From Octopus vulgaris (lineage: Eukaryota), in assembly GCA_951406725.2 (NCBI GenBank), contig OX597820.1, positions 32,302,001 through 32,366,000 on the forward strand: a stretch of 64,000 bases of DNA. Reading direction: 5' to 3'. A model generated the notes under the pieces. The model had not been told where the DNA came from. It made no database searches and saw only the letters and a program-made list of their open reading frames with translations. Of the stretch, positions 1-13,709 are shown one piece after another (the stretch's first letter is position 1; each line of letters starts with the position of its first letter). The position numbers and the translations under genes were made by a program.

Positions 1-266
1 TGCTTTCTCCCGTTTTTCATGTATACACATATACATATTGTGTATTTGATGTATTTTACGGATTTAATATATTTGATGTGTCTAATTTGTTTATCCGCAC
101 TCACCTTGATCCCTCTTATAGTCTTTCTTTATCCTGTGGAATGCCCCCCCTGTAAAGACGTCGGGGTTTAAGTTTGAATCTTTTGAGCACTATCAAGTGT
201 CTTCTATACGGAGAATCTGTGAACTACACACGCACACACACACACACACACACATACATACATACA

Positions 267-329
<63 letters not shown>

Positions 330-496
330 CGTAAAGTATACTAGCCATCTCAATATGGCTAACCACTAAGGGTGGGTGTTATTGTAGCTTTTAGCCCCAG
401 GAGATTATCGTCTCCAGCTGGCTTTAGGCACACTTTCTGCGCCCTTATGATATTTGCAAAGGGAGGTCATCCCTCTCTCGTAAACCTAAGTGATAC

Positions 497-539
497 GCAC
501 GGACTGCAGTTTCGAGGTATTTGCCTCTTGTCAACGTAC
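497..539 (-). ncRNA. Minimal type I hammerhead ribozyme (U3-A8 core variant)
   Basis: Minus strand reads GTACG-TTGACAA-GAGG-caaata-CCTC-GAA-ACTGCAGT-C-CGTGC: 5-bp stem I, 4-bp stem II, perfect palindromic stem III, GUC cleavage triplet. Confidence 0.85.
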
Positions 540-658
540 GGTAATCACCGGTTTTCGATGAAGAGAGACCTGTTTGCAAATATCTATTTAATGTTTTTCC
601 CAGTAACCACTGTCGCTGATTTCGAAAAACTGTCTGACACTGCAAAGGGGAGTGAAGT

Positions 659-693
659 ATCCAATGTTTCGGACAGATTTCTTCTTCAGAGCT
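659..693 (-). ncRNA. Degenerate hammerhead-like motif
   Basis: AGCT-CTGAAGA-A-GAAATCTGTCC-GAA-ACAT-T-GGAT. Core is intact but stems are mismatched. Confidence 0.35.
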
Positions 694-1169
694 AAGTCGG
701 AAGGAGGGAAATAAAATAAAGACAGAGATTTACACCCTCTATGTCTGAGAATCTCGTTGTTTCAATTGATGAGGAACACGAGACAACACGAACTTTGTAC
801 CTAGATAGAAAATGATTGATAAGAAAAACTAAGTGACAGATGGAGAAGAAAAGATAAACGAAAAGAGGAGAAGCAAGGTTAGGGTGAAGTGGAAGGGTAA
901 ATTCAGGTGTAAGAAGAGCAGAACTTAGAGGATGTATAAGACTTTTTTTAATACTTGTCGGATATATAGATCCGGGTTTCAATATGGAACGTCCTTCCGT
1001 TTCCTTAAGTGTGCAGGTCCACCACGAGCAGAGATTTCGCACGCTGATAAATTGGTAGTGGACTGGATAAAGTGTGTTACAATGAGTGGCGACAGTCTGG
1101 CCTGGCGCACATCTTACAATACTTTGAATGTGATATCGGTAAGTTGACGGTCAGTTTATACATACATAC

Positions 1170-1478
1170 ATACGTCCACTGTCTGAAAATAATGCAAATC
1201 TGGATCATCTGAGAAAATCATCTCAAAATAAACTGTTTTTTTCTGACATCTCCTTAGCCCATAATCTTCTTTTTAGATATTAATTGGTTGAAGGAGGGGT
1301 TTTCTTCTAGCTGCTCGTCCATAATACCCAAGCTTATGCAGATATGTTACACACATTCTTGGACTAACTTCTAACTGTTTTGCAATGTCAGAAGCTTTCG
1401 AACGGGGTTCGTTTTCCACAATTCTCTTCAAACAGCGAAGCTTCATTTCCGAAGACCCAGGTCGGCCGGGACGAGAAT
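1170..1478 (-). pseudogene. Tc1-like transposase fragment
   Basis: Minus strand encodes RAARRKPLL and an IFSDD(E)SRF-like segment. Similar to the Tc1 copy at 52700-53780. Confidence 0.55.
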
Positions 1479-1483
1479 CACCA

Positions 1484-1628
1484 GTTACTTAGCGGTTCGG
1501 CAAAAGAGACCGATAGAATAAGTACTGGGCTTACAAAAGAATAAGTCCCGGGGTCGAGTTGCTCGATTAAAGGCGGTGCTCCAGCATGGTCGCAGTTAAA
1601 TGACTGAAACAAGTAAAAGAGTAAAAGA
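1484..1628 (+). mobile_element. tRNA-derived SINE family A, 3' fragment
   Basis: Matches the 3' half of full copies (cttagcggttcggcaaaagagaccgatag...gactgaaacaagtaaaagagtaaaaga). Confidence 0.85.
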
Positions 1629-1751
1629 TATATATATATATGTGCTAGACTATTGGTTGACAGTCGTACCACAAACAGATAGTGACATACATACATACAT
1701 ACATACATACATACATACATACATACATACATACATACATACATACATACA

Positions 1752-2375
1752 TTATTATGGCTGCCCCCTCGTTATCGAGTATGGCCATTGCACGAAGCTT
1801 AACTGTTACTGGTGCTGTGATCGAATGTCATTTTTTAGCCCAGCTAAAGATCTACAATGTCTTGTACAAAGTTGGCAACTAAAACCTTTACTGGTAATAG
1901 CCGGCTGTAGTTGTAACTGGGCTTCATGTACCTTTGCATGTCGTTCAAGTCCTCCTGTCGAATTACACTCTCTTCCACATGCCCGACAGATATGATTAGT
2001 ATGGTGTGTTACACCACCACCAGTGGCCAGGTTGTCACTCATCTGTCTCGTTTTATGACTTCGAAGATGACTCATGAGTCCAGCTTTACTGAGGCAGGGT
2101 CTTGCACAGACATTGCATGTCAGAATCAAAGGAAGACCCTTCCCTTCTGGAAGTGTAACAGCGATGCCCTTCCTGACACCCCTCCTTACTTTCTCATGTG
2201 CAACTCGAGATTTCTCAAGCGTGGCTGTCCCCTCATGCGCAATCCTTCTCCACCTGCTAGGATCAATAGCTATGCCTTCCCATGTGTCAGGAGAGATGCA
2301 AGCATCTCTTAAGGAAGCCTTCAGCAAGTCCTTATATCTCTTTTTTGGTTTATGTGGAGGTCGTTCTCCTTTAGC
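1752..2375 (-). mobile_element. RTE-clade LINE 3' end with three C2H2 zinc fingers (5'-truncated)
   Basis: ORF 1806..2597: GERPPHKPKKRYKDLLK...WEGIAIDPSRWR (RTE C-terminal motif), then CxxC..H..H fingers (CNVC..HLRSH, CRAC..HAKVH, degenerate CQLC..). Embedded in (TACA)n on both sides. Confidence 0.85.
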
Positions 2376-2423
2376 ATATACATACATACATACATACATA
2401 CATACATACATACATACATACAT

Positions 2424-2472
<49 letters not shown>

Positions 2473-2697
2473 TAGACAAGCAGACAGACACATATGTACA
2501 TGCATAAGTATACGACTAGATGAATAAACGAACTGAACATTTTAAATCTAATATCTTGGTATTTGATAACAAAATGACGCAGCTCCATATTACACACAGT
2601 TTTTGAATGTGCAGAACGTATCCGTATTCTCAGATGTACGGAATCAGACTCTGAGGATTTGGACGCATGTTACACTTACGAGCAGTTGATTCAATCC

Positions 2698-2795
<98 letters not shown>

Positions 2796-2820
2796 CTATC
2801 TGTCTGTCTGTCTGTCTGCC

Positions 2821-2858
<38 letters not shown>

Positions 2859-3346
2859 CCTTCATTTCTCTCTCTCTCTATATATATGCATATATTCACT
2901 TATGTTTGTATATATATATATATTGACATATATATATATATATATACATACATACATACATAAATATATATATATATATATAGGCACACTCACATACACA
3001 CACACATATATATATGTACCCACATAAATTTATATGCATTTATGTTTGAATGTATTTATCTATAAGTGCATATGCATGTATGCACATACATCTACTTACC
3101 CATATATACATACGTATATACACTCGCTCTCACAGACACAACGTTGTTGGTGTTGCAACCGGAAGTGATTTTAATTGTTATTGAATGGCGGCTTGAGAAT
3201 AAGTGTTACTGTTTATTTCTGTTGTTTATTGATTCTTCTCTGCACGTGTTTATGCCACTTGATTTGTCTTTTGTATAATGTAGCACTTTCAATTCATGCA
3301 ATTTGTTGCACCGGTAACCGTTGCTTTTAGCAGTAGTGGTAGTAGC

Positions 3347-3382
<36 letters not shown>

Positions 3383-4134
3383 TGTAGTAGTAGTAGTAGT
3401 AGTAGTAGTCTTGGTGGTTATGTCGGTAGTGGTGGTGGTAGTGGTGGTGGTTATGGTGGTGGTGGTGGTGATGGTGGTGATGATGATGGTGGTGATGGTG
3501 ATGGTGGTGGTGGTTGGTTGCAGGAGTGGGGTTGATGGTGGTGCTATTGAAGGCAGTTATGGTGGTGGCTTTATGGTCATGACGGTGCTGATAGCATAGG
3601 TGTGTGTGGTGGTGGTGGTCCGTTGTAGTAATAGTAGTAGTAGTAGTAGTAGTAGTAGTAAGTAGTAGTAATAGTAGTAGTTGTTGTTGTTGTTGTTGTT
3701 TTTGTTGTACTAGTAGTAGCAGCAGCGGCAGCAGCGGCAGCAGCGGCAGCAGCTGCAGGTCCTTTGTTTTTGTTTATCCTGACTGAACAAACATCGGTGA
3801 TCCTCACATCATTTTTACTATGCTATTTTCTTTTCTGTTTTTCAAGCATATTGTCTATCTTTTAATAACTACATTATACACTCTGCGTCCATATTTCTTT
3901 CAAGACAGTAAGATGTGATTTAAAGGAGATTTATTCTACTGTTACGTGCACATTGAGTAACCACTTAGGCCTTGGCGTTGTTACCTCATTATTGATACTG
4001 TTTAGCCCTAGGTGAACGGTCCTCCTAGTGTCTACATGTTGTTTGCCTTTCAGGCATAGTTTATTTTGGATTACAAACATTCTGCTATCCATGTGAGTCT
4101 TTAACACAATCCACTCGGATGTACGTATATAGAT

Positions 4135-4861
4135 CAGGGGCCCGGTTATGGACTCTTTTGAATACTTTTTTTACTATGGAGGGAAGGCACATAGTTCAGT
4201 GGTTTGAGTATAGGGTTCACAATCATGAGGTAGTGAGTCCGATTCCCGAACCGGGCTGTATGTTGTGTTCTTGAGCAGGACACTTTATTTCACGTTGCTC
4301 CAGTTCACTCAGCCGTAGAAATGCGTTGCGACATCACTGGTGCCAAGCTGTATCGGCCCTTTGCCTTTCCTTTGGATAACATCGGTGGCGTAGAGAGTGG
4401 AGACTGGTATGAGAGGGTGACTGCTGATCTTCCATAAACAACCTTAGTCAGATTTGTGCCTCGGAGGGGAACTTCCTAAGTGCAATTCTATGGTCATTCA
4501 TGACCGAAGGTTCTTTACCCTTATCCTTACTCTAGTGGACCCTTACAGCCATTCAATGTTTAAAAATTAGTTTTATAGAAACTTCTTTCAAAATTCCTAT
4601 TTTGTTTTTCACGCATTCTCTTGTGAGAACAGGTTTCCGTAACTCTGAGAGAACAGGTTTCCGTAACTAGAAGTCGAACTTTGTTAAACATTAGAGAAAG
4701 AAACCTAGTTGTTTCTTGCAATAATTCATCTAACCCAAACATTTTAATAGACGCTAAAATACTACTGTGGATCTCCAGTTTACTGTTTCATTTGCTAGGC
4801 CCCCCGAAATCTTAAAGTGCCCGAAATATTGGGGTCATACGGACACGGCTGAGAACCACTG
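4135..4861. mobile_element. Putative hAT-type MITE interrupted by a SINE
   Basis: Starts CAGGGG, ends GAGAACCACTG (Charlie-like terminus). Flanks atatagat/atttagag resemble a degenerate 8-bp TSD. Confidence 0.4.
4183..4525 (+). mobile_element. tRNA-derived SINE family D (CORE-like central domain)
   Basis: A/B-box-like head (tagttcagtgg...gtccgattcc) then ttcttgagcaggacactttatttcacgttgctccagt. Relatives at about 19610-19780 and 39805-40040. Confidence 0.7.
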
Positions 4862-5360
4862 ATTTAGAGAGTAACTTCCTTCACGAGTATCAATGATAAT
4901 TCAAAGGCTCATGATTGTTAGCCCTTCCTTCTTCTGCTATATGGGAGCAGACTTATGTTTTAAGCACAACAGATACATAATGCCCGCACAAATTTGAAAC
5001 CGCTCCCTTAAGATGTTTGAAGTGTTATGAATATACCTAATTAAACGCAAGTGAATTTGTAAAAGTTAAGGATTCATAATTCTTCTGAGCACTGGCGCCA
5101 TTCTACATGTTCTTCTTGTAAATTCCTGGTACTAAAATGGGTCTTTACTCAAAGGATATCATTTTGGCTCGTACAATTGCCGAAGGGGGCCATTGGGGAA
5201 GATTGTGAGACATTGTAGCTTTACACCTTTAAAAATAAAAAATCAACGATACATTTTAGACACTGCGCATATTGATCGAGAAAATGAGATGTCGGTTCAT
5301 TGGTGCAAGTACATACACACAAACACAAACACACAAACATACACACACAAACACACACAG

Positions 5361-5440
<80 letters not shown>

Positions 5441-5547
5441 GTATGTATATGTATATATATATATATATTTACATGTATACATATATGTACATATATATGT
5501 ATGTAGATATAGATATATGCATATGTTTGTGTGTATACACTAACATA

Positions 5548-5585
<38 letters not shown>

Positions 5586-5838
5586 TCTATATATATGTGT
5601 ATAATATTCATGTGTATATGCATACAAATATATATGCATGCATATATATATGAGTGTGTAATATACTATACTTTGCTACTGTTCAGACCAAATTCTCCGT
5701 TGACAAAACTCTGGTATGTGAATCTTTAGTGTTAGAAGTTGTAGAAACGATGATTATGTACACTGTCATACGTATTGGGGAATTTGAGATATGTTAGGCC
5801 TCTTATGAATGCTAGGACTCTTACATATGTATATATAT

Positions 5839-5886
<48 letters not shown>

Positions 5887-6237
5887 ATGTGTGTGTGTGT
5901 CTGTGTGTGTGTGTATGTATACACATCCATGTCCAACATGTGTTTCTACTGCTTAGAGAATTAGCAGTTACATTTGCATCAAATTATTTCCATGCACATT
6001 TATTCAAAGTCTGTCCGCAAATGTGTTTCGAAGTAAACTGGATGTATTTACGCACCAGAAAATATTCATAACTCTGTGAAGCGAACCCAGGATTTATCCA
6101 TTGGATAAGTTACAGTGGGGTTACTCTCCTTAAGTAGTCTTAGGGGCACCGTGCTACTCGATGCGGTTAGCCTGAAGTCGGGTTATAACTGAGTACCCGT
6201 AAGTTTCCGGCGGTATAATTTATCCCTACATACATCG

Positions 6238-6314
<77 letters not shown>

Positions 6315-6319
6315 GTCTA

Positions 6320-6718
6320 CAAAAAAGATGGGTGAATGTAGCAAGGATGGCACGTATGAATGACGAAGCCACCTTGAGCATAATCCTATGAACCCGGAAA
6401 AATTTAAAACAGAGGGTTACCTACTTGCAAACAAATGGGGTGACATGTAACATTATTCACCAAGGTTACCGTGGTCTTTTCCGTAGGCTTTTCTGTCCAC
6501 GGATAAACCTTATCTGCTTCCCCCTTTACACTTTACATCATGACATTTCTGTGATACACGATCCCTATTGATCGTTTTTTTTCTTTTTCTTTTTTTCTTT
6601 CCCTTTTACGATCCCTTTTGATCGAAAACTTACCCCAGTTTTTTTCTCCCCAAAAAGAAAAGCTCTACTTTGTAATCTGTCCCGATGTGTGCAGCCCTGT
6701 GTGGCTAATAAAGAAACA

Positions 6719-6720
<2 letters not shown>
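6320..6720 (+). mobile_element. Tx1/L1-type LINE 3' end in a (TCTA)n tract
   Basis: Same family as the inverted copy at 12485-12935. Ends gtggctAATAAAgaaacata followed by (tcta)n, with (tcta)n also upstream. Confidence 0.65.
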
Positions 6721-6809
<89 letters not shown>

Positions 6810-7379
6810 ATATCTATCTATTTATCTATCTATCTAAATGGGGATACACTGCTTAAATGTAAGTTTATCCACACATATCCATAAATGTACAGATGAACAC
6901 ATGAAGTTATCCAGGTAACCAGAAACTCTATGCGCTATCTAGACTTACTCGAAGGTTACTCAGCTACTGAGCGACTTGAATTCTGTAAAGCAGAAAAACT
7001 CCAGCACATCACACACACACACACATACATACACACACAAACAAGCACACAGAAACGCAGGCATACACACACACACAAACACGCGCACATACACACACTC
7101 TCATACAAACACACACACATATACAGTATATGTTTACGTGCATGTATGTTATTAGGAAGAAACATACATCCGTACATGCATATATTTATATGTACATACA
7201 TGCAAAAATAAACCCATACATCATGCATACATACCTACCCACGCACATGATTACACACATACATAATTATATACATACATACATACATGCATACACGCAT
7301 ACATACAAGTATATATCATAAAAGCATACACATAAGCATAGATGCATTCAAGCATACATACATACATTTAAGCATACAT

Positions 7380-8010
7380 GCACCTAAAATATCACCCTCA
7401 TCACAGTTGTCCGAAAATGTCATCACGGTATTATCTACTGATGAGATATGATGTTGTAGCTAGGACATTGTATAATGAAATCCGTCGGAAGGATAACTTC
7501 GAGGACAAAGAAATAAGAACCCACAGTATGGTAGAAGCCATAGCCGCTCATAATGAAATGGAGTACTGGTGGAATGTCCCAGTGAAGACCTCAGTAATAC
7601 GTAAGCACAAGAGACATGATATAATGATTTGGAATAGAGAAGAGAAACTGTGTACAGTTGTGGTATTTAACATAAAGCTGAAGATATCTGAAAAAGAGAA
7701 TATCTACGCTGAACTTTTGAGAAATTTGCAATTACTCTATCTCAATTACAATTTCAGATTTATACCTGTAATTATTGGAGCCCTGGGATATGTAACACAC
7801 TGCCTAATTACCAATCTTGAGAAATTCGGCTTCTCAAAACCAGAAAGAAGAAAGCTAATTCGATGACTGCAGCTCCAATCCATCAATGGAACTGTAAAAA
7901 TCTGTAAGACTTTCCAAAAGTTTATCATTCAAATATATATGAGCATGTTTAGATATGCAACTATAAGCATGAGACTGCATATATAAAGCAAAACATAATT
8001 CTGCACATAT
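7380..8010 (+). mobile_element. RLE-type (R4/Dong-like) non-LTR retrotransposon 3' end
   Basis: ORF 7378..7866: H...C, RYD (RHD-like), HDIMIW (PD motif), K..KENIY, FIPVIIGALG. This is a restriction-like endonuclease C-terminus, flanked by (CATA)n. Confidence 0.8.
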
Positions 8011-8224
8011 ACATACATACAAACATACATAAATACATACATACATACATACATACATACATACATACATACATACATACATACATACATACATGCATAT
8101 ATAGATACATACATGAAAAATTACCCTGTTGTTGTTGCTGTTGACATTCCAATGAAGGAGTCTCTTTACTGGCAGGAAATCTTAAAATAAAGCTGAACAA
8201 TGACCATTCATACATACAAGGATA

Positions 8225-9125
8225 TAGGTTGTTTGATCAATAAGTGTCCAGACTGTTGCTATAGTAACGAAGCTAAAGCATACAGAGTGAAGCTGTTTGG
8301 CACGAATTGACCTTGGACTCTGCCGTGCATTCGAACTAGGTTTGAACGTTCTAGCTCACTTTTTATGTTTACAGCAATGCTTGGTAGGAACGTGTGTAGC
8401 GTGTGATCGTCGCATTGACCATGACAGAGAAACTTGTCATGGCGATAGCTACCCAGAGGCCGACGAAAAGTTGCAGAAAGTGTATGGAGAAGAGTGTATG
8501 AGCTGCACACAGGTGTACGAGTGGTTCAGACGTTTCCAAAATAGCTGAAAAAAATGTCGACGGTGACGAACTTTCTGGGAGACCCGCAACCAACAGAACT
8601 GAAAAAACATTGCAGATATGCGTGCAGCGGTGAGGGGAAATCGTTGAATCACCATCCGTGGGTTATCAGAAAATATGCAGATTAGCTACGGTTCAGTTCA
8701 GTCCATTATTACTGAAGATTTGGGTATGCGACGCGTGTCTGCCAAGTTTGTGCCCAAATTGCTTTCAGCTGACCAAAAAGATACCCGGGTTTCAGTTGTA
8801 CAAGTCCTCATTGATTGTGTGGAGAACGACAAAAACTCTTAGAAGATTTTGCGAAGGCCTCTGAGCAGGTATCACCAAGCTTTTGTCAAAATTTGATGCA
8901 GATTTTCTGTTCGTCTTTCGCTGTCATGGTCAATGCGACGATCGGACGCTACACACCTTCCTTCCAAGCACTGCTGTAAACAGTGGAAGTGAGTTAGAAC
9001 GTTAACACTTAATGCGCATGACAGAGGCAGAGTTCGAAATCAATCTGTGCTAAGCGGCATTGCTCTGCGTGCTTTAACTTCGTTACCATAGCAACTGTCC
9101 GGATACTTATTGTTCAGACCACGTA
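8225..9125. mobile_element. Mariner-derived foldback element (two left ends, head-to-head)
   Basis: 8225-8838 holds the left TIR plus broken transposase N-terminus (KVYGEECMSCTQVYEWFRRF; DLGMRRVSAKFVPKLL). 8840-9125 is an inverted diverged copy of the left end including the start of the transposase, ending in TA. Confidence 0.8.
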
Positions 9126-9535
9126 TACACGCATACATTCATATGTATATACATATCTAAATACATACTACGTAGATACATGCGCATGCATATACATATT
9201 CACACACACACACACATACATACAGTCCGTGCATACATGCATACACGCATAATTATGTGCACTATGTATAAACACACATATACACTGATACCTGGATGTA
9301 TATAGTACCTACATGCAGAAATCTATCCCTGCATGCATAAAAAACATAAATACATAGACACACACACGCGCAAACGCACGCACATTATCACGCATATGCA
9401 CAAACACACTAGCTACATGGTTGTATATACATACATACATATATATATACACACATACATATATACATACATACATACATACATACATGCATACATACAT
9501 ACATACATACATACATACATACATACATACATACT

Positions 9536-9585
<50 letters not shown>

Positions 9586-9900
9586 TGTCCAGACACTAGC
9601 ATGAGACAAAATAGAGAAGATATATAAAGCTGAAACAACGCACATGAAAGCTGTAGCACTTAACTAAATGTATTAGACTAATATTATTGTGTTTATTTCT
9701 TTGTCTGCACTATTTCAGGAGGACCTCTTTGTAGCTGAGACCTATTGCTCTTAGTAATAACAAAGAATATAGTCATGGAAGGTCGTATGCACAGACATGC
9801 ATGCATACAAATGCGTATATATAAGTATATGTGTGTGTGTATATATATACATATATATATCTATGTATATATGCTTATATATATATCTATATTTACATAC

Positions 9901-9943
<43 letters not shown>

Positions 9944-10217
9944 CGCAGTATATATGCATATATATGTATGTGTGTATATACAAAACTTCAATTAAGTAAC
10001 GGTCATGTATACAACTTGAACAGGCACATATCGGTACATAAACACATGTTCATATGTACATACACATGTACACACACACACACACACACTCGTCAACACA
10101 CTTACCTAAATATTCACGTACATGCATACATACATACATACATACATGCGTATAGGCATGCACGCATGCATACGCATGTACAGCTATGCATGCGCTCATA
10201 CATGCATACATAAATAA

Positions 10218-10260
<43 letters not shown>

Positions 10261-10390
10261 CATACATACATACATACATACATACATACGTACATACATA
10301 CACACATACATACATACGTACATACATACACACATACATACATATATTTATCACGAACTAACTGTTACTTTCTCAGATGCAGCACGGAAT

Positions 10391-10441
10391 TTTGTCAGTG
10401 AACAGGTCGCGGTCTCAAAGCGACGAAAATATTTTGGCAAA
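10391..10441 (+). ncRNA. Minimal type I hammerhead ribozyme (G3-C8 core variant)
   Basis: TTTGTCA-GTGAACA-G-GTCGC-ggtctcaaa-GCGAC-GAA-AATATT-T-TGGCAAA: 7-bp stem I, 5-bp stem II, palindromic AATATT stem III. Confidence 0.8.
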
Positions 10442-10528
10442 TTAAATTTAAATGTTGAAGTGAATCCAGCGGTCTTTGTGCGTTTTTAAATTACTCGTAA
10501 ACACCTTCCACGCTGATATTGTCATATG

Positions 10529-10585
<57 letters not shown>

Positions 10586-10681
10586 GCACACATACATACA
10601 GTATATATATATAATATATATATATATATATACAGTATATATATAGGTATGTAAGCATAAATATGTATGTATGTGTGTGCA

Positions 10682-10732
<51 letters not shown>

Positions 10733-10733
10733 T

Positions 10734-10781
<48 letters not shown>

Positions 10782-10782
10782 G

Positions 10783-10813
<31 letters not shown>

Positions 10814-10861
10814 TATATATATATAGGTATGTAAGCATAAATATTTATGTATGTGTGAGCA

Positions 10862-10973
<112 letters not shown>

Positions 10974-11072
10974 CACATATATGCATGTGTATTATATGTG
11001 TGTGCATACATATGTGTGTTTGTATGTATATTTAGATACATGCATATACATAGATGTGTGAGTATATACATA

Positions 11073-11150
<78 letters not shown>

Positions 11151-11152
11151 CG

Positions 11153-11205
<53 letters not shown>

Positions 11206-12241
11206 CCATAAATGAAGTCTGAATTAAATGTATATGTGTGCATATGTATAGGAATAATTAAGACTGTTTGTCCTTGTTTATGTTTGTATGCTTGTGTGTA
11301 TGTATGTATATATGCATGTGTGTGCTTGTGTGTTTATTATGTGTTTATATCACGTGAGGAATAGTGCTGGTTGAGAGAGATACTCCCGCCATGACTTCCG
11401 CTATAGACAATAAAATTACTGTTTACTGTTATATCGACGAAGTACATTTTATTATCGTTTTGGAAATACAATAAAAACAAAATAAATAAATAGGATAAAT
11501 AAAATAAAGCAGACAAACATATAAAAACGGAAAAAAAAATGTAAAATCAAAGGAAACGAAAGGAAATAATATTAACACTTGAGGAGTGATTAAGTTATCT
11601 AATGGACGCTGTTGAGATTACCCGCTATGTTGGCACTTCTGGGACAAGATGACGGAAGAAGAAGAAGTGGATGTGATTAAGGGAAAGTTCAGATTGGTGT
11701 AAGAAAGTATTGTTAAGTGATTGTGAATTGGTAGGAACAATACTGGGTGATATTTGTAACGGATGTAATGTCGTTTCTGATTGGTGGGGGTTTGTAGAGT
11801 TATTGAGAGAATGGTGGTTTTAGTGACATAGATAAACAATGAAAATAGGTGAAAATAGGAAGAGAGCGGGTGAGAGAGTGAGTGAGAGAGGGGGCGGAGA
11901 GAGAGAGAGAGAGAGAGAGAGAGGAGGGTCCACAAAAAAGTAAGTTATAAAGAAAAGGATATTGAGAAGCTAATGATGAGGAAATGAATTTCAAGAGAGA
12001 TAGTGAAAATGCGTTTAAGAGACAGTGGTGTAGCGAGAAAAATGAAAGCAGGTGGATAGGTAGAGAGAGAGCGAGAGAGAGAGAGGGGGGGAGAGAAAGA
12101 GAGAGAGAGAGAGAGAGGGAGGGAGAGGAGTCTAGTTTTGAAGAAGAGATCTAGAAAGTCTTATGATGAGGAAATGATGTTCAAGACAGATAACAAAATC
12201 GTTTAAGAGACAGCGGTGTGGGGAGAGAATGAAGGACATTT

Positions 12242-12310
<69 letters not shown>

Positions 12311-12332
12311 GGATAGATAGATAGATAGATAG

Positions 12333-12935
<603 letters not shown>

Positions 12936-12990
12936 GTGATAAAGAGATAGATAGAGAGATGGTTAGATAGACAGATAGATAGATGGATAG

Positions 12991-13483
12991 ATAGTTAGTT
13001 AGTTAGTTAGTTAATTTTTTGGCTCAAAAAACAAAAAGCAAGGCCATGTAGGGGGACATGGAGTCATGTACAGGGTGGTGTTCATGTAAAGAGTTCAGGC
13101 CACTTGAGGTCAAGGGAGACTTTGAACCGAGCGGTCGTCGGCATCTTCACCATCTCGTCTGGCAGTTTATTCCACAGATCCGCAACCCGGACGGAGAAAG
13201 CCCCTCTCCTTCGATTGAGATGAAATCGTAGCAGATAGAGCTTTTCGGAATGACCCCGCAGCCGACGCTCTGGAGCAGGAGTGAAGAACAGCTCTTTCGA
13301 GAGGTTACACTTTCCGCTTATGATGTTGTGAGCAAGAATGAGATCTCCACGCCTTGTCGTTTTTCTAGAGAATAAAGGTCGAGCGTCTTCAGCCTTTCTT
13401 CATAAGACAAATTCTTGAGACCAAGAGCCATGCGGGTAGCCAGCTTCTGGACTCTTTCGAGATGCTGTATGTCTTTGAGGAGA
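12991..13483 (-). mobile_element. CR1-clade LINE 3' end
   Basis: KDIQHLERVQKLATRM...LSYEERLKTLDLYSLEKR (frameshift) GDLI...RLRGHSEKL...FSVRVADLWNKLP; (AACT)n tail. Confidence 0.88.
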
Positions 13484-13709
13484 TAGACAGAGATTGAGAG
13501 AGAGGGAGGAATGATGGAGGGAGAGAAGTCAAGGAGAAAGAGAGGTAAGGAAGAAAGGATATAGAAAGGTTTATAACGAGGAAATGAAGTTGAAGACAAA
13601 TAGCGAAAACTCGTATAAGAGTCAGTCGTGGAGGCAGAAAAGGGGAAAAATTTGGATAAAAAGGAAAAAGATTCAAAGTGAAAGAGAACGATGATACAAA
13701 GAATGTAAG

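Larger units (their letters stand above)
329..1146 (-). mobile_element. Non-coding Penelope-like/retrozyme-type element carrying two hammerhead motifs
   Basis: Non-repetitive block between (TA)n and (TACA)n tracts. Contains an intact HHR at 497-539 and a degenerate one at 659-693, both on the minus strand. Boundaries approximate. Confidence 0.55.
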
